From Gemmata obscuriglobus (GTDB lineage: Bacteria > Planctomycetota > Planctomycetia > Gemmatales > Gemmataceae): a stretch of 32,000 nt of DNA. Made by a program: the position numbers and the translations under genes. The stretch's first letter is position 1. The number at the start of each line of letters is the position of its first letter. The DNA is taken from assembly GCF_008065095.1 (NCBI RefSeq), contig NZ_CP042911.1, forward strand, positions 8,250,001-8,282,000, in the 5' to 3' direction. This document shows, piece by piece, positions 31,998 to 32,000 of this stretch. The notes beneath the pieces were generated by a model. It was not told the origin of the DNA and made no database searches. It saw only the letters and a program-made list of their open reading frames with translations.

Positions 31998-32000
31998 GTC

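Overview
GC-rich segment, about two-thirds G+C by eye. Gene content points to a Planctomycetota (Gemmata-like) chromosome: there are three DUF1559 / H-X9-DG paralogs, one intact with a prepilin-type leader, one leaderless fusion and one decayed fragment. Housekeeping genes I recognise are serS, rpsU, an RRM-type RNA-binding protein, a membrane fatty-acid desaturase, UspA, a TIGR01777-type epimerase, a DinB-family protein and a CheY-like receiver. Larger genes include an ECF sigma factor fused through TM helices to an HExxH domain, a HEAT-repeat protein, a 643-aa secreted multidomain protein and a trypsin-like protease fused to FG-GAP repeats. The accessory content is more interesting. (i) An ISKra4-like IS has perfect 23-bp inverted repeats and a 9-bp target duplication; its transposase is split at an A_AAA_AAG heptamer. 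(ii) An IS3-family IS has an A9 run and orfB in the +1 frame; it interrupts a low-GC ComEC-like MBL-fold gene at the right edge of the window. (iii) A same-strand row of NADAR, SUKH (SMI1/KNR4) and a decayed third gene has a 48-bp perfect direct repeat bracketing the SUKH gene, with no toxin gene in view. (iv) There are several intergenic repeat families: a ~115-bp MITE-like element in 3-4 copies, hairpins with AGTGAY loops, large palindromes and an IS3-end relic. I recognised no rRNA, tRNA or CRISPR. Many long ORFs in the track are shadow frames of the real genes. There are five apparent frame disruptions, several at homopolymers, so assembly indel error must be excluded before any pseudogene or recoding claim is trusted.
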